Shown here piece after piece: positions 35,864 through 44,906 of a stretch of 64,000 bases of DNA; the first letter of the stretch is position 1, and the number at the start of each line of letters is the position of its first letter. The notes beneath the pieces are model-generated. The model had not been told where the DNA came from, did no database searches, and was given only the letters and a program-made list of their open reading frames with translations. The translations under genes and the position numbers were made by a program. The DNA is from a virus (taxonomy: Duplodnaviria; Caudoviricetes): the IMG/VR virus record IMGVR_UViG_3300033076_001354, positions 64,001 to 128,000 of that record. One strand, 5' to 3'.

Positions 35864-36847
35864 ATGGCCACTTTAACCACACGAGACCAATTCAAAGAGT
35901 ACTGCCTGCGCAAGCTCGGCAAGCCGGTCATCGAGATCAACGTCGACGACGACCAAGTCGAAGATCGCATCGACGAAGCCCTGAAGTACTACTACGACTA
36001 CCACTTCGACGGCACCGAGAAGCAGTTCTATCGCCACATCTTTCAGGCCAGCGACTTCCCCGACGTGGTTAAAGAGGTCATGGTCTACGACGGTGGAACC
36101 GGATACTCAAACACAGACACCGTAACGATCACGGCGGCTTCAGGCGATACGTCTGGCACAGGCGCGACTGCTACCCTTACGACTTACGCGAACGGTTCCA
36201 TCCAAGCTATAAACGTCACGGCGGTTGGCTCGGGCTATAGACTCGATCCCAATGTTACGATCACAACCGGAACTGGATCCGGCGCAAGCGTTCAAGCGTT
36301 CAAGGGCGGATACATTACGATTCCTCAGAACATAATCGGTGTCGTCAACATATTCGACATCGGTGACTACATCGCGACGAACAACATCTTCAACATTCGC
36401 TACCAGATCGCGTTGAACGACCTGTACACCTTGACCTATCAGTCAATGGTCCCATACTACATGGCGTTCCAACACATCCAACTTCTTGAACAGCTCCTAG
36501 TCGGCAAGCAACCGATCCGCTACAACAGGAACACGAATCGCCTGTACATCGACGTCAACTGGAATAAGGTCGAAGCCGGCCAGTACTTGGTCGTCGAAGC
36601 TTATCAGATCGTCGACCCAGCCAAGTTCACCGACGTATGGAACGATCGCTGGCTGCAGAGGTACGCGTCGCAGCTCATCAAGAAGCAGTGGGGAACCAAC
36701 CTGACTAAGTTCAACGGACTGCAGCTTCCAGGCGGGGTCACCTTCAACGGTGAAAAGATCTATAACGACGCCGAAGCCGACCTTGAGAAGCTCGAGAGCG
36801 AAATGGCAGTGTCTTACTCTCTCCCGTCTTATGACATGATCGGGTGA
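35864..36847 (+). CDS. Neck protein gp13 (with inserted domain)
   Basis: YCLRKLGKPVIEINVDDDQVEDRIDEAL, KKQWGTNLTKF..LPGGVTFNG. Confidence 0.9.
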   Translation: MATLTTRDQFKEYCLRKLGKPVIEINVDDDQVEDRIDEALKYYYDYHFDGTEKQFYRHIFQASDFPDVVKEVMVYDGGTGYSNTDTVTITAASGDTSGTGATATLTTYANGSIQAINVTAVGSGYRLDPNVTITTGTGSGASVQAFKGGYITIPQNIIGVVNIFDIGDYIATNNIFNIRYQIALNDLYTLTYQSMVPYYMAFQHIQLLEQLLVGKQPIRYNRNTNRLYIDVNWNKVEAGQYLVVEAYQIVDPAKFTDVWNDRWLQRYASQLIKKQWGTNLTKFNGLQLPGGVTFNGEKIYNDAEADLEKLESEMAVSYSLPSYDMIG

Positions 36848-36850
36848 TAG

Positions 36851-37585
36851 ATGGCAACTTCAGTCTTCTTCAACAACTTTAATTCAGTCGCCGAACAGAA
36901 CCTCATCGAAGATCTTATCATTGAATCGATTAAGATCTACGGCATCGATGTGTACTACATCCCGAGGACTACAAACAATCGCGACGCGGTGTTCAGGGAA
37001 GGCTCGACTTACTCCTACAATTCGTCTTACTTGATCGAAGCCTACATCAGGAACGTCGATGGATTCACCGGCGACGGTGAGTTCTTATCGAAGTTTGGTC
37101 TGCAGGTTCGCGATCAGATCGTCTTTACGATGGCGCAAAGAACGTTCAAGGCTGAAGTAGGAAACTACAACGCCGAAGTGAGACCGTACGAAGGCGATCT
37201 AATCTGGTTCCCTTTGACTAAGACCGTGTTCCAAATCAAGAACGCCGACGTCAAGCCTATATTCTATCAGCTCGGCGCACTTCAGACTTACGACTTGACC
37301 TGTGAGCTCTATGAAGGCGGGACCGAGACTTTCAATACCGGCATCGCAGAGATCGACAACAAGTACAACGCCCTCTCACTCAAGTCGGACACATACGAAG
37401 TCCTTACCGAGAATGGTTTGGTTCTCGTCACTGAAGCCGGCGAACACATCATACTCGAAAGCTTCGACATCGAAGCGATCGACGTTCAAGCAGAGAACGA
37501 CGTATTCGAGCAAGAAGGCCAAGACTTCATCGACTTTACAGAGTTCGATCCATTCAGTGAAAAAGCTGGAGGCTATAGGGCATAA
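36851..37585 (+). CDS. Neck protein gp14
   Basis: EQNLIEDLIIESIKIYG, SKFGLQVRD, RPYEGDLI, FYQLG. Confidence 0.9.
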   Translation: MATSVFFNNFNSVAEQNLIEDLIIESIKIYGIDVYYIPRTTNNRDAVFREGSTYSYNSSYLIEAYIRNVDGFTGDGEFLSKFGLQVRDQIVFTMAQRTFKAEVGNYNAEVRPYEGDLIWFPLTKTVFQIKNADVKPIFYQLGALQTYDLTCELYEGGTETFNTGIAEIDNKYNALSLKSDTYEVLTENGLVLVTEAGEHIILESFDIEAIDVQAENDVFEQEGQDFIDFTEFDPFSEKAGGYRA

Positions 37586-38397
37586 TGCTTTCAGTTCCTT
37601 TCTATCACTCACTCCTTCGCAAGTACGTCGTCATATTCGGCACGCTCTTCAACAACATTAAGATCGAGAAGTTGAATGCAGACGGCTCGGTCGCCGCTAC
37701 TTTTAAAGTTCCGATCGCATACGGTCCCCGCGAAAAGTTTCTCGCTAGGGTTGAATCCAATCCTACCGGTATCGCGGACACAGCTTTGATCCTTCCAAGG
37801 ATAGGCTTTGAGATCAGCGGTATCAGGTACGCCAGCGACAGGAAGCTTCAGACGACGATTCCTTTGTATACCAACCAGAACGTAAACGGCAACAGCGTTC
37901 TCAAGAAAGTATACTCGCCGGTCCCATACGACATCGACTTCAGCATGTCCATCATGACGAAGCAGACCGAAGACGCCACGAGAATTGTTGAGCAGATCCT
38001 TCCCTACTTCACGCCTGAGTGGACCATATCCGCTCAGCTGCTGAGCGACTTCAACAACACTACCGACATACCGATAGTCATAAGTTCGATCGATATTGAA
38101 GATACGTACTCGACCGACTTCAAGCAGCGCAGGGCTTTGATCTGGACAATCAACTTTACGATGAAGGCATACTTGTATGGACCGGTGACAAAGGCCAAGC
38201 AGATCAAAGTCGCTACAGTCAACTCATTCGCACCTATGACTGCGAACCTCGCGCTCAACAGGGTCGTCACCCAGCCGGGACTCGACGCGAATGGCAATCC
38301 GACCACGATTCTTGCGGACACTATACCCTATACATCAATCGATGAAACCGACAACTTTGACTATGTTGTGACAACGACGGACTTCCCAAGTGGTTGA
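37585..38397 (+). CDS. Tail terminator / sheath stabilizer gp15
   Basis: FGTLFNNI, VPIAYGPREKF, LPRIGFE, EQILPYFTP, YLYGP. Confidence 0.9.
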   Translation: MLSVPFYHSLLRKYVVIFGTLFNNIKIEKLNADGSVAATFKVPIAYGPREKFLARVESNPTGIADTALILPRIGFEISGIRYASDRKLQTTIPLYTNQNVNGNSVLKKVYSPVPYDIDFSMSIMTKQTEDATRIVEQILPYFTPEWTISAQLLSDFNNTTDIPIVISSIDIEDTYSTDFKQRRALIWTINFTMKAYLYGPVTKAKQIKVATVNSFAPMTANLALNRVVTQPGLDANGNPTTILADTIPYTSIDETDNFDYVVTTTDFPSG

Positions 38398-38770
38398 TAA
38401 GAAAGACGTGATCGGGCAGAGTCTCAACCTTCCCGATCTACCTAGATCTAAGATAACCGACCTGACTCCTAAGATCGCTACCGACGACTATGAGTTCGCG
38501 CGCAGCAACCTCTACGACCTTATAAACAAGGGTTCGCACGCGCTTGAGGACATCATCGACGTCGCGAAGCAGTCTGAGTCGCCTAGGGCTTTCGAAGTCG
38601 TCACGAACCTATTGAAGACGATGGTCGACGCGAATAAAGACCTACTCGACTTAGCGAAGAAGCAGAAAGATCTTCAGGCGAAAGAAGAAGAAGGCGGACC
38701 TAAGACGATCAACAACAACTTGATCTTGACGTCGGCCGAACTCCTGAAGATGATAAAGAGCAATGAGTGA
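38390..38770 (+). CDS. Terminase small subunit gp16
   Basis: DYEFARSNL, SESPRAFEV, NNNLILTSAEL. Confidence 0.85.
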   Translation: MVDKKDVIGQSLNLPDLPRSKITDLTPKIATDDYEFARSNLYDLINKGSHALEDIIDVAKQSESPRAFEVVTNLLKTMVDANKDLLDLAKKQKDLQAKEEEGGPKTINNNLILTSAELLKMIKSNE

Positions 38771-40370
38771 GATATACTTAGGCAATAAGAACCTAAAGAG
38801 CCGCGACGTAAAGATTCCATTTACGGCCGATCAGGTGCAGGAATACCTGAAGTGCGCCAGAGACGTTGAATACTTTTGTCAGAAGTACGTAAAGATCGTC
38901 AACGTCGACCGTGGTCTCATAGATTTCCAGCCCTATAAGTACCAAGTCAAGATGTTCGATGTCTTCGACTCGAATAGGTACACCATCTGTAAGATGCCTC
39001 GTCAGGTCGGTAAGACCACGGGCGTCGTCGGCTACCTGCTGCACAAAGTCCTATTCAATGAGAACTACAACGTTGCCGTCCTCGCGAACAAGGAGAGACA
39101 AGCGCGTGAGATCTTGGCTAGAGTTCAGCTCGCTTACGAGTGGCTTCCAAAGTGGATGCAGCAGGGCATAGTCGAGTGGAACAAGGGAAGCATCGAGCTT
39201 GAGAACGGGTCGAAGATCCTCGCTTCGTCGACCTCATCTAGCGCGATCCGCGGTCAGTCCTACAACCTCATCTACCTAGACGAGTTCGCGTTCGTTCCGC
39301 GAAACATCCAAGACCAGTTCTTCGCCTCGGTGTTCCCGACGATTTCATCCGGTCAGACTACGAAGCTCATCATCACCTCGACTCCGAACGGTATGGACCT
39401 ATTCTATAAGATCTGGATCGACTCCGAGCAGGATCGAAATACCTACGCGCGTGTCGACGTTCATTGGTCAGACGTGCCGGGACGCGACGAAGCTTGGAAG
39501 GAACTGATGATCAAGAACACCTCGGTCGATCAGTTCAGGCAGGAGTTTGAGTGTGAGTTCCTTGGGTCGTCGAACACACTCATCCACCCGTCGGTCCTAT
39601 CGAGGCTCGTGTTCTTCCCGCCTCAGACGAGTCAGCAGGGCGTCAACGTCTTCAGCGAACCCAAGAAGGGTCACCAGTACTTCATGACAGTCGACTTGGC
39701 CGAGGGTCTTGGGCAGGACAGCTCAGCCTTCACGGTCATAGACACGACGACCGTGCCGTACGAGGTAGTGGCCACCTATCAGAACAGCAGCATATCTGAG
39801 CTCCTGTTTCCAACCCTTATCATGAACGTGGCTAGGTACTTCAATGAGGCTTGGGTCTTGATTGAGACGAACATTGGGTCGCAGGTCGTCAACATCCTAC
39901 ACCAAGACCTTGAGTACGAGAACGTTGTCACCACGAAGACGAGCGGGCGGAAGGGCGTCTTGCTTGGAGCGGGCGGTACACAGAGTCGCCTAGGCGTTAA
40001 GACGACCAAAGTTACGAAAAGAATCGGGTGCTCAAACCTCAAGTCGCTAGTCGAGTCCGACAAGCTTAAGCTCAACGACTTCAACATCATACAGCAGCTT
40101 TCCACCTACGTTGCCGATAAGAATTCCTACAACGCCGAAGAGGGTCACCACGACGACTTGGTCATGTGCTTGGTGCTCTTCTCATGGATGGTGAGCCAAG
40201 AATACTTTAAGGAGTTGTCGGACACAGACGTTCGTCAAAGGATACTCGAAGAGAACGAGAGGCAGATGGAGGAGAACATGTCTCCGTTCGGCTTTCAAGA
40301 CGACGGCATGCCCGAAGAGCAGGTCATGACCGTCTCGAGCGATGAGTTCGACCGCCTTCTTCTAAACTAG
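38763..40370 (+). CDS. Terminase large subunit gp17
   Basis: PRQVGKTT Walker A, YLDEFAF Walker B, TSTPNG, HDDLVM nuclease motif. Confidence 0.95.
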   Translation: MSEIYLGNKNLKSRDVKIPFTADQVQEYLKCARDVEYFCQKYVKIVNVDRGLIDFQPYKYQVKMFDVFDSNRYTICKMPRQVGKTTGVVGYLLHKVLFNENYNVAVLANKERQAREILARVQLAYEWLPKWMQQGIVEWNKGSIELENGSKILASSTSSSAIRGQSYNLIYLDEFAFVPRNIQDQFFASVFPTISSGQTTKLIITSTPNGMDLFYKIWIDSEQDRNTYARVDVHWSDVPGRDEAWKELMIKNTSVDQFRQEFECEFLGSSNTLIHPSVLSRLVFFPPQTSQQGVNVFSEPKKGHQYFMTVDLAEGLGQDSSAFTVIDTTTVPYEVVATYQNSSISELLFPTLIMNVARYFNEAWVLIETNIGSQVVNILHQDLEYENVVTTKTSGRKGVLLGAGGTQSRLGVKTTKVTKRIGCSNLKSLVESDKLKLNDFNIIQQLSTYVADKNSYNAEEGHHDDLVMCLVLFSWMVSQEYFKELSDTDVRQRILEENERQMEENMSPFGFQDDGMPEEQVMTVSSDEFDRLLLN

Positions 40371-40376
40371 CCTTTT

Positions 40377-40384
40377 TATAAATA
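40377..40384 (+). promoter_or_regulatory. Late promoter TATAAATA
   Basis: Exact match upstream of gp18. Confidence 0.8.
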
Positions 40385-40430
40385 AGAATACGATTTATTG
40401 CTCTAATTTTATGATACAAAGGAGAAAATC

Positions 40431-42458
40431 ATGCCATTTCAAGTAAGTCCTGGCGTTAACGTCTCTGAAATTGACCTTACCACTATCGTCCCTGCAGTGT
40501 CAACCACTCAGGGTGGTATTGCTGGGGTTTTCAGATGGGGACCGGCCAATGACAGAGTTCTGATCTCGAGCGAAGATGAACTCGTGGCCGTCTATGGACG
40601 CCCAACAGCAAACAACTACGAAACCTTCTTTACCGCCTCGAGCTTCTTGGCTTACGGTAACCAGCTCTATGTTGTTCGCAGCATTGCTTCTAACTCGTAC
40701 AACTCAGTGGCGGCTGTTAACAGCTCGGTCGCTTTCGCGAACACTCAAGTCAAGAACGAAGATTCATACAACGATCAAGTTGGAACTTTTGACGCGAATG
40801 CCTACTGGGTCGCCAAGTACGCCGGCTATCTCGGAAACAGCTTGAAGATCTCGACCTGCGAGTCTTCAAACGCTTACACCGCTTCTTTGGCCGGTAACTC
40901 AGACTGCGTGCCGGCTTTCAGCTTCGCGATCAACAGCAACACCCTTCAGATCGTTGTCACCTCGGCGACTTCGAACACCAACGCGAACACGATGGCAAAC
41001 ACCATCGTCAACAAGATCAACGTCGGTGACTACATCGTCGCTGGTAACACTTCGCTTGGCACACAGAACATCAAGGTTACCGCCGTCGGCGCTCCTTCGG
41101 TGACTGCCAACTCGACTGTCTATACAGCTCAAGCGAACATCTCCTTGGCAACGACCTATAACTTGTCACAGAACGTAAGCTCAAACACCGCGACTAGGTA
41201 CTGGGAATACTTCAACTTCGTCGATGCCGCTCCAGGAACTTCATTGTACACGGCAGCTGCAGGCGGTTCAGGCGACGAAATGCACGTTGTCATCGCCGAC
41301 GAAGACGGTTCATTTACGGGCAACGCCGGTCAAGTCCTTGAAGTCTGGAAGAATCTCTCCCGTGCTTCCGACGCGAAGACTGAAGACGGTGCAACCAACT
41401 TCTATCAGACCGTGATCAATCAGAACTCTCAGTATGCTTGGTTCGCGAATGCAAGGGCCGGTGTGACTTCAAACACCGCGGCAAACATGACCGCCATTAC
41501 GGTTGGACCATATACTCAATCGTTCCGCGGCGGATACGACGGTGTGACGGAAAGCACTCAAACCCTCGCCAACCTGTCATCGGCGTACTCCAAGTTCGCT
41601 AAGTCTGAACAGGTCGACGTTTCATTGATTCTTACCGGTAAGAATCAGTATGGTACAGTCGGTGAAGGCCTTGCAAACTGGATCATCGACAACGTCGCAG
41701 AAGTTCGCAAAGACTGCTTGGTTCTCATCTCCCCTGAGAAGACACTCGTGGTTTCCAGCAACCTTCACAGCCCAGCGGACTCGATCGTCAGCTTCAGGAA
41801 CGCTCTCCACAACAGCTCTTACGCCGTCATGGATTCTGGCTATAAGTACATGTACGACAAGTACAATGACACCTATCGCTGGGTTCCTCTCAATGGCGAC
41901 ATCGGCGGTACGATCGTTCGCACCGACAACACCAGAGACCCATGGTTCTCGCCGGCCGGCTTGAATCGTGGTCAGATCAAGAACGTTGTCAAGCTCGCTT
42001 ACAACCCAGACAAGGCAGACAGGGACGTCATCTACAAGGCTGACATCAACCCAGTCGTTAATTTTCCGGGTGAAGGCACTGTGCTCTACGGCGATAAGAC
42101 CCTCCTCGGCAAGCCCTCGGCTTTCGACAGGATCAACGTAAGGCGCTTGTTCATCGTCCTCGAAAAGGCGATCTCAACTTCGGCTAAGTTCACCCTCTTC
42201 GAATTCAACGACGAATTCACGAGAGCGACTTTCCGTAACCTTGTTGAACCATACCTCAGGGACATCAAGGGTCGTCGCGGCATCTACGACTTCCGAGTCG
42301 TCTGCGATGAGACCAACAATACACCTGAGCGCATCGATCGCAACGAGTTCTGGGGTGACATCTATATCAAGCCGGCTCGTTCAATCAACTTCATCCAACT
42401 CAATTTCGTCGCTGTCCGCACAGGCGTTCAGTTCGATGAAATCGTTGGTAGGTTCTAA
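40431..42458 (+). CDS. Tail sheath protein gp18
   Basis: SPGVNVSEIDLT, WFSPAG, FDRINVRRLF, KPARSINFI. Confidence 0.95.
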   Translation: MPFQVSPGVNVSEIDLTTIVPAVSTTQGGIAGVFRWGPANDRVLISSEDELVAVYGRPTANNYETFFTASSFLAYGNQLYVVRSIASNSYNSVAAVNSSVAFANTQVKNEDSYNDQVGTFDANAYWVAKYAGYLGNSLKISTCESSNAYTASLAGNSDCVPAFSFAINSNTLQIVVTSATSNTNANTMANTIVNKINVGDYIVAGNTSLGTQNIKVTAVGAPSVTANSTVYTAQANISLATTYNLSQNVSSNTATRYWEYFNFVDAAPGTSLYTAAAGGSGDEMHVVIADEDGSFTGNAGQVLEVWKNLSRASDAKTEDGATNFYQTVINQNSQYAWFANARAGVTSNTAANMTAITVGPYTQSFRGGYDGVTESTQTLANLSSAYSKFAKSEQVDVSLILTGKNQYGTVGEGLANWIIDNVAEVRKDCLVLISPEKTLVVSSNLHSPADSIVSFRNALHNSSYAVMDSGYKYMYDKYNDTYRWVPLNGDIGGTIVRTDNTRDPWFSPAGLNRGQIKNVVKLAYNPDKADRDVIYKADINPVVNFPGEGTVLYGDKTLLGKPSAFDRINVRRLFIVLEKAISTSAKFTLFEFNDEFTRATFRNLVEPYLRDIKGRRGIYDFRVVCDETNNTPERIDRNEFWGDIYIKPARSINFIQLNFVAVRTGVQFDEIVGRF

Positions 42459-42475
42459 TAGGTAGGAGTTAATAA

Positions 42476-43030
42476 ATGGCTTTCTCGATCAATGACATCA
42501 GGGCTCAATTAACTCTAGGTGGCGCGCGCCCTGCACTGTTCCAAGTCACCATCACGAACCCCGTGGCTCCCATCGCGGACCTCAAGGTTCCATTCCTCAC
42601 GGTGAGGGCGGAGATTCCCGCCTCCACCATCGGTAACATCGCAGTTCCATACTTCGGCCGCAAAGTATACGTGGCCGGAGACCGCACCTTCGCGCCGTGG
42701 ACGGTCACCATCATCAACGATGAAGACTTCCTCATCCGCAACGCGATGGAGCAGTGGAACAACTCGATCAATGCCTACGAAGCGAACATCAACAAGCTTG
42801 GCTCGGGAGCTCCTGCGCTCTATAAGTCTCAGGCTACTGTGACTCACTTCGGTAAAGCTGGCGAAGTGCTTAGGACTTATCAGTTCAACGGCCTCTTCCC
42901 AGTCGAAGTCTCGAACATCGGTCTTGACTGGAATGCTCAAGATCAATTGGAAGAGTTCAACGTAACCTTCCTCTACGATAACTTCGAGATCATCGGCGGC
43001 ATCACCGGCAACGCCGGCGGGTCGATCTAA
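42476..43030 (+). CDS. Tail tube protein gp19
   Basis: GARPALF, GRKVYVAGDRTF..WTVTIINDEDF. Confidence 0.92.
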   Translation: MAFSINDIRAQLTLGGARPALFQVTITNPVAPIADLKVPFLTVRAEIPASTIGNIAVPYFGRKVYVAGDRTFAPWTVTIINDEDFLIRNAMEQWNNSINAYEANINKLGSGAPALYKSQATVTHFGKAGEVLRTYQFNGLFPVEVSNIGLDWNAQDQLEEFNVTFLYDNFEIIGGITGNAGGSI

Positions 43031-43040
43031 TAACTAGGAG

Positions 43041-43073
43041 GAGCCGCTATAAATAATACTATAGCGGCTCTTT
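43041..43073 (+). terminator. Hairpin (probable terminator) containing the gp20 late promoter
   Basis: GAGCCGCTATA / TATAGCGGCTC 11-bp inverted repeat + TTT; TATAAATA at 43048-43055. Confidence 0.65.
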
Positions 43074-43087
43074 CATAGGAAATCATT

Positions 43088-44647
43088 ATGCAGTTATTTG
43101 GATTTGAAATCAAGAGAAAAGAAGAGCAGCCTCTTGAGTCTTTCGCCCCAGAAGTCAAGGATGACGGTGCAGTAGTCGTAGCCGCAGGAGGCATGTACGG
43201 CACCTACATCGATTTAGACGGGACGGCGAGGACTGAGGCTGAACTCGTTTCCAAATACAGAGAGATTTCACTCGAGGCGGAGATCGAGAGAGCGATTGAC
43301 GACATCGTCAATGAAGCCATCGACACCGACGCGAACGACGTAGTTCAAATCATCCTCGACAAGATTGAGTACGGCGACGACGTAAAGAATCGGATCCGCG
43401 AAGAGTTCGACACCGTCCTTGAACTTCTCAACTTCCAGAATGAAGCCTATGAGATCTTCAAGCGCTGGTACGTCGACGGACGACTCTACTACCACGCGAT
43501 CATCGACGAAAAGAATCCTAGGGCTGGCATCCAAGAGATCCGCTATCTCGACCCGCGCAAGATCCGCAAGGTGCGCGAAGTAAAGAAAGAGCCTAAGGGT
43601 CCAATCACAGTTCAAAAGACTAAGCGCGAGTACTTTGTGTACTCCGAGCGCTCGTTCGTAGCTGCACCGGGAAATGCCGGTCTTGCCCAAGACAACAACT
43701 CGACCGGTGGTCTCAGGATCGCGACCGATTCAATCATTCACGTCACATCGGGCCTGATGGATAAGAACAACCAGATGGTTTACTCTTATCTGCAGAAGGC
43801 GATCAAGCCTCTCAACCAACTGAGGACTCTTGAAGATGCTACTGTTATCTATCGTATTTCTAGGGCTCCTGAGCGCCGTATCTTCTATATCGATGTCGGT
43901 AACCTACCTAAAGTCAAAGCAGAACAATACCTCAGAGACATGATGGTTCGTCATAAGAATCGCTTGGTGTACGACGCAGTCACAGGTGAGGTTCGCGACG
44001 ATCGCAAGTACATGACGATGCTTGAAGATTATTGGCTGCCGCGCCGCGAGGGTAACCGCGGGACTGAGATCACGACTCTTCCGGCTGGTCAGAACCTTGG
44101 CGAGATGCAGGACGTCGAGTACTTTCAGATGAAGCTCTTCCGTTCACTCAACGTTCCGGTTTCTCGTCTCAACACCGAGACCGCAAACGTATTGGGTCGC
44201 TCATCTGAGATCTCAAGGGATGAAGTCAAGTTCACTAAGTTCGTCGGCCGCCTTCGCCGCAGGTTCTCCATGCTCTTCTTGGAAGCGCTCAAGAAGCAGC
44301 TTGTTCTTAAGGGAATTTGTTCGGAAGAAGATTGGACCGAGCTGCAGCAGCAGATCAACTTCGACTTCACCAAAGACAACCACTTCGAAGAGTTCAAAGA
44401 AATCGAAGTGTTGCAGGGAAGGATCAACCTTCTCAATCAAGTCATGCCCTACATCGGCAGGTATTACTCAGACCTCTGGGTTCGCAAGAACATCCTTATG
44501 ATGGACGAGAAAGAGATCGCCGACATGATGAATGAGATGGAGACCGAGAAGGTTCCGTTGACTCCTCCGGTAGAAGCGGGTCAACCGGCACCTCCGCCAC
44601 CCATCGCGAATAAGCCAAACATTCCCGGAACCGGCGAACAGTACTAA
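43088..44647 (+). CDS. Portal protein gp20
   Basis: WYVDGR, YRISRAPERRIFYIDVGNLP, EDYWLPRREG.RGTEI. Confidence 0.95.
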   Translation: MQLFGFEIKRKEEQPLESFAPEVKDDGAVVVAAGGMYGTYIDLDGTARTEAELVSKYREISLEAEIERAIDDIVNEAIDTDANDVVQIILDKIEYGDDVKNRIREEFDTVLELLNFQNEAYEIFKRWYVDGRLYYHAIIDEKNPRAGIQEIRYLDPRKIRKVREVKKEPKGPITVQKTKREYFVYSERSFVAAPGNAGLAQDNNSTGGLRIATDSIIHVTSGLMDKNNQMVYSYLQKAIKPLNQLRTLEDATVIYRISRAPERRIFYIDVGNLPKVKAEQYLRDMMVRHKNRLVYDAVTGEVRDDRKYMTMLEDYWLPRREGNRGTEITTLPAGQNLGEMQDVEYFQMKLFRSLNVPVSRLNTETANVLGRSSEISRDEVKFTKFVGRLRRRFSMLFLEALKKQLVLKGICSEEDWTELQQQINFDFTKDNHFEEFKEIEVLQGRINLLNQVMPYIGRYYSDLWVRKNILMMDEKEIADMMNEMETEKVPLTPPVEAGQPAPPPPIANKPNIPGTGEQY

Positions 44648-44650
44648 TTT

Positions 44651-44658
44651 TATAAATA
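44651..44658 (+). promoter_or_regulatory. Late promoter TATAAATA
   Basis: Exact match after portal. Confidence 0.8.
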
Positions 44659-44681
44659 CTATGTAGATTTTGGAGGATTTT

Positions 44682-44906
44682 ATGACTGATATATCTGATA
44701 TTTTTCACTCAGCGTTCACAAAGGACGCAGTAGGACTCAAAGCGGCCGTCGACGCAGCCATGACTGCTCGTTCACAGCAGGCAATTGCTGACATAACGGC
44801 AGACGTTGCGGCCAGCATGTTTGGTGTCACAGTGGGTGAAGATTCCTCCGACGAAGAAACAATCGAAGACTCAAGTCAGGAAGAACAAACAGATGAAGCT
44901 CTATGA
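44682..44906 (+). CDS. Small prohead core protein (gp67-like position)
   Basis: Acidic C-terminus, GGAGG SD before ATG 44682, directly after portal. Confidence 0.55.
   Translation: MTDISDIFHSAFTKDAVGLKAAVDAAMTARSQQAIADITADVAASMFGVTVGEDSSDEETIEDSSQEEQTDEAL

Noticed and set aside
44806-44892. ORF-track upstream extensions (also 20115, 47119, 47826, 53131, 59480, 60163, 61530, 62017)
   Set aside because: Downstream starts fit SD sites, gene coupling and family N-termini better
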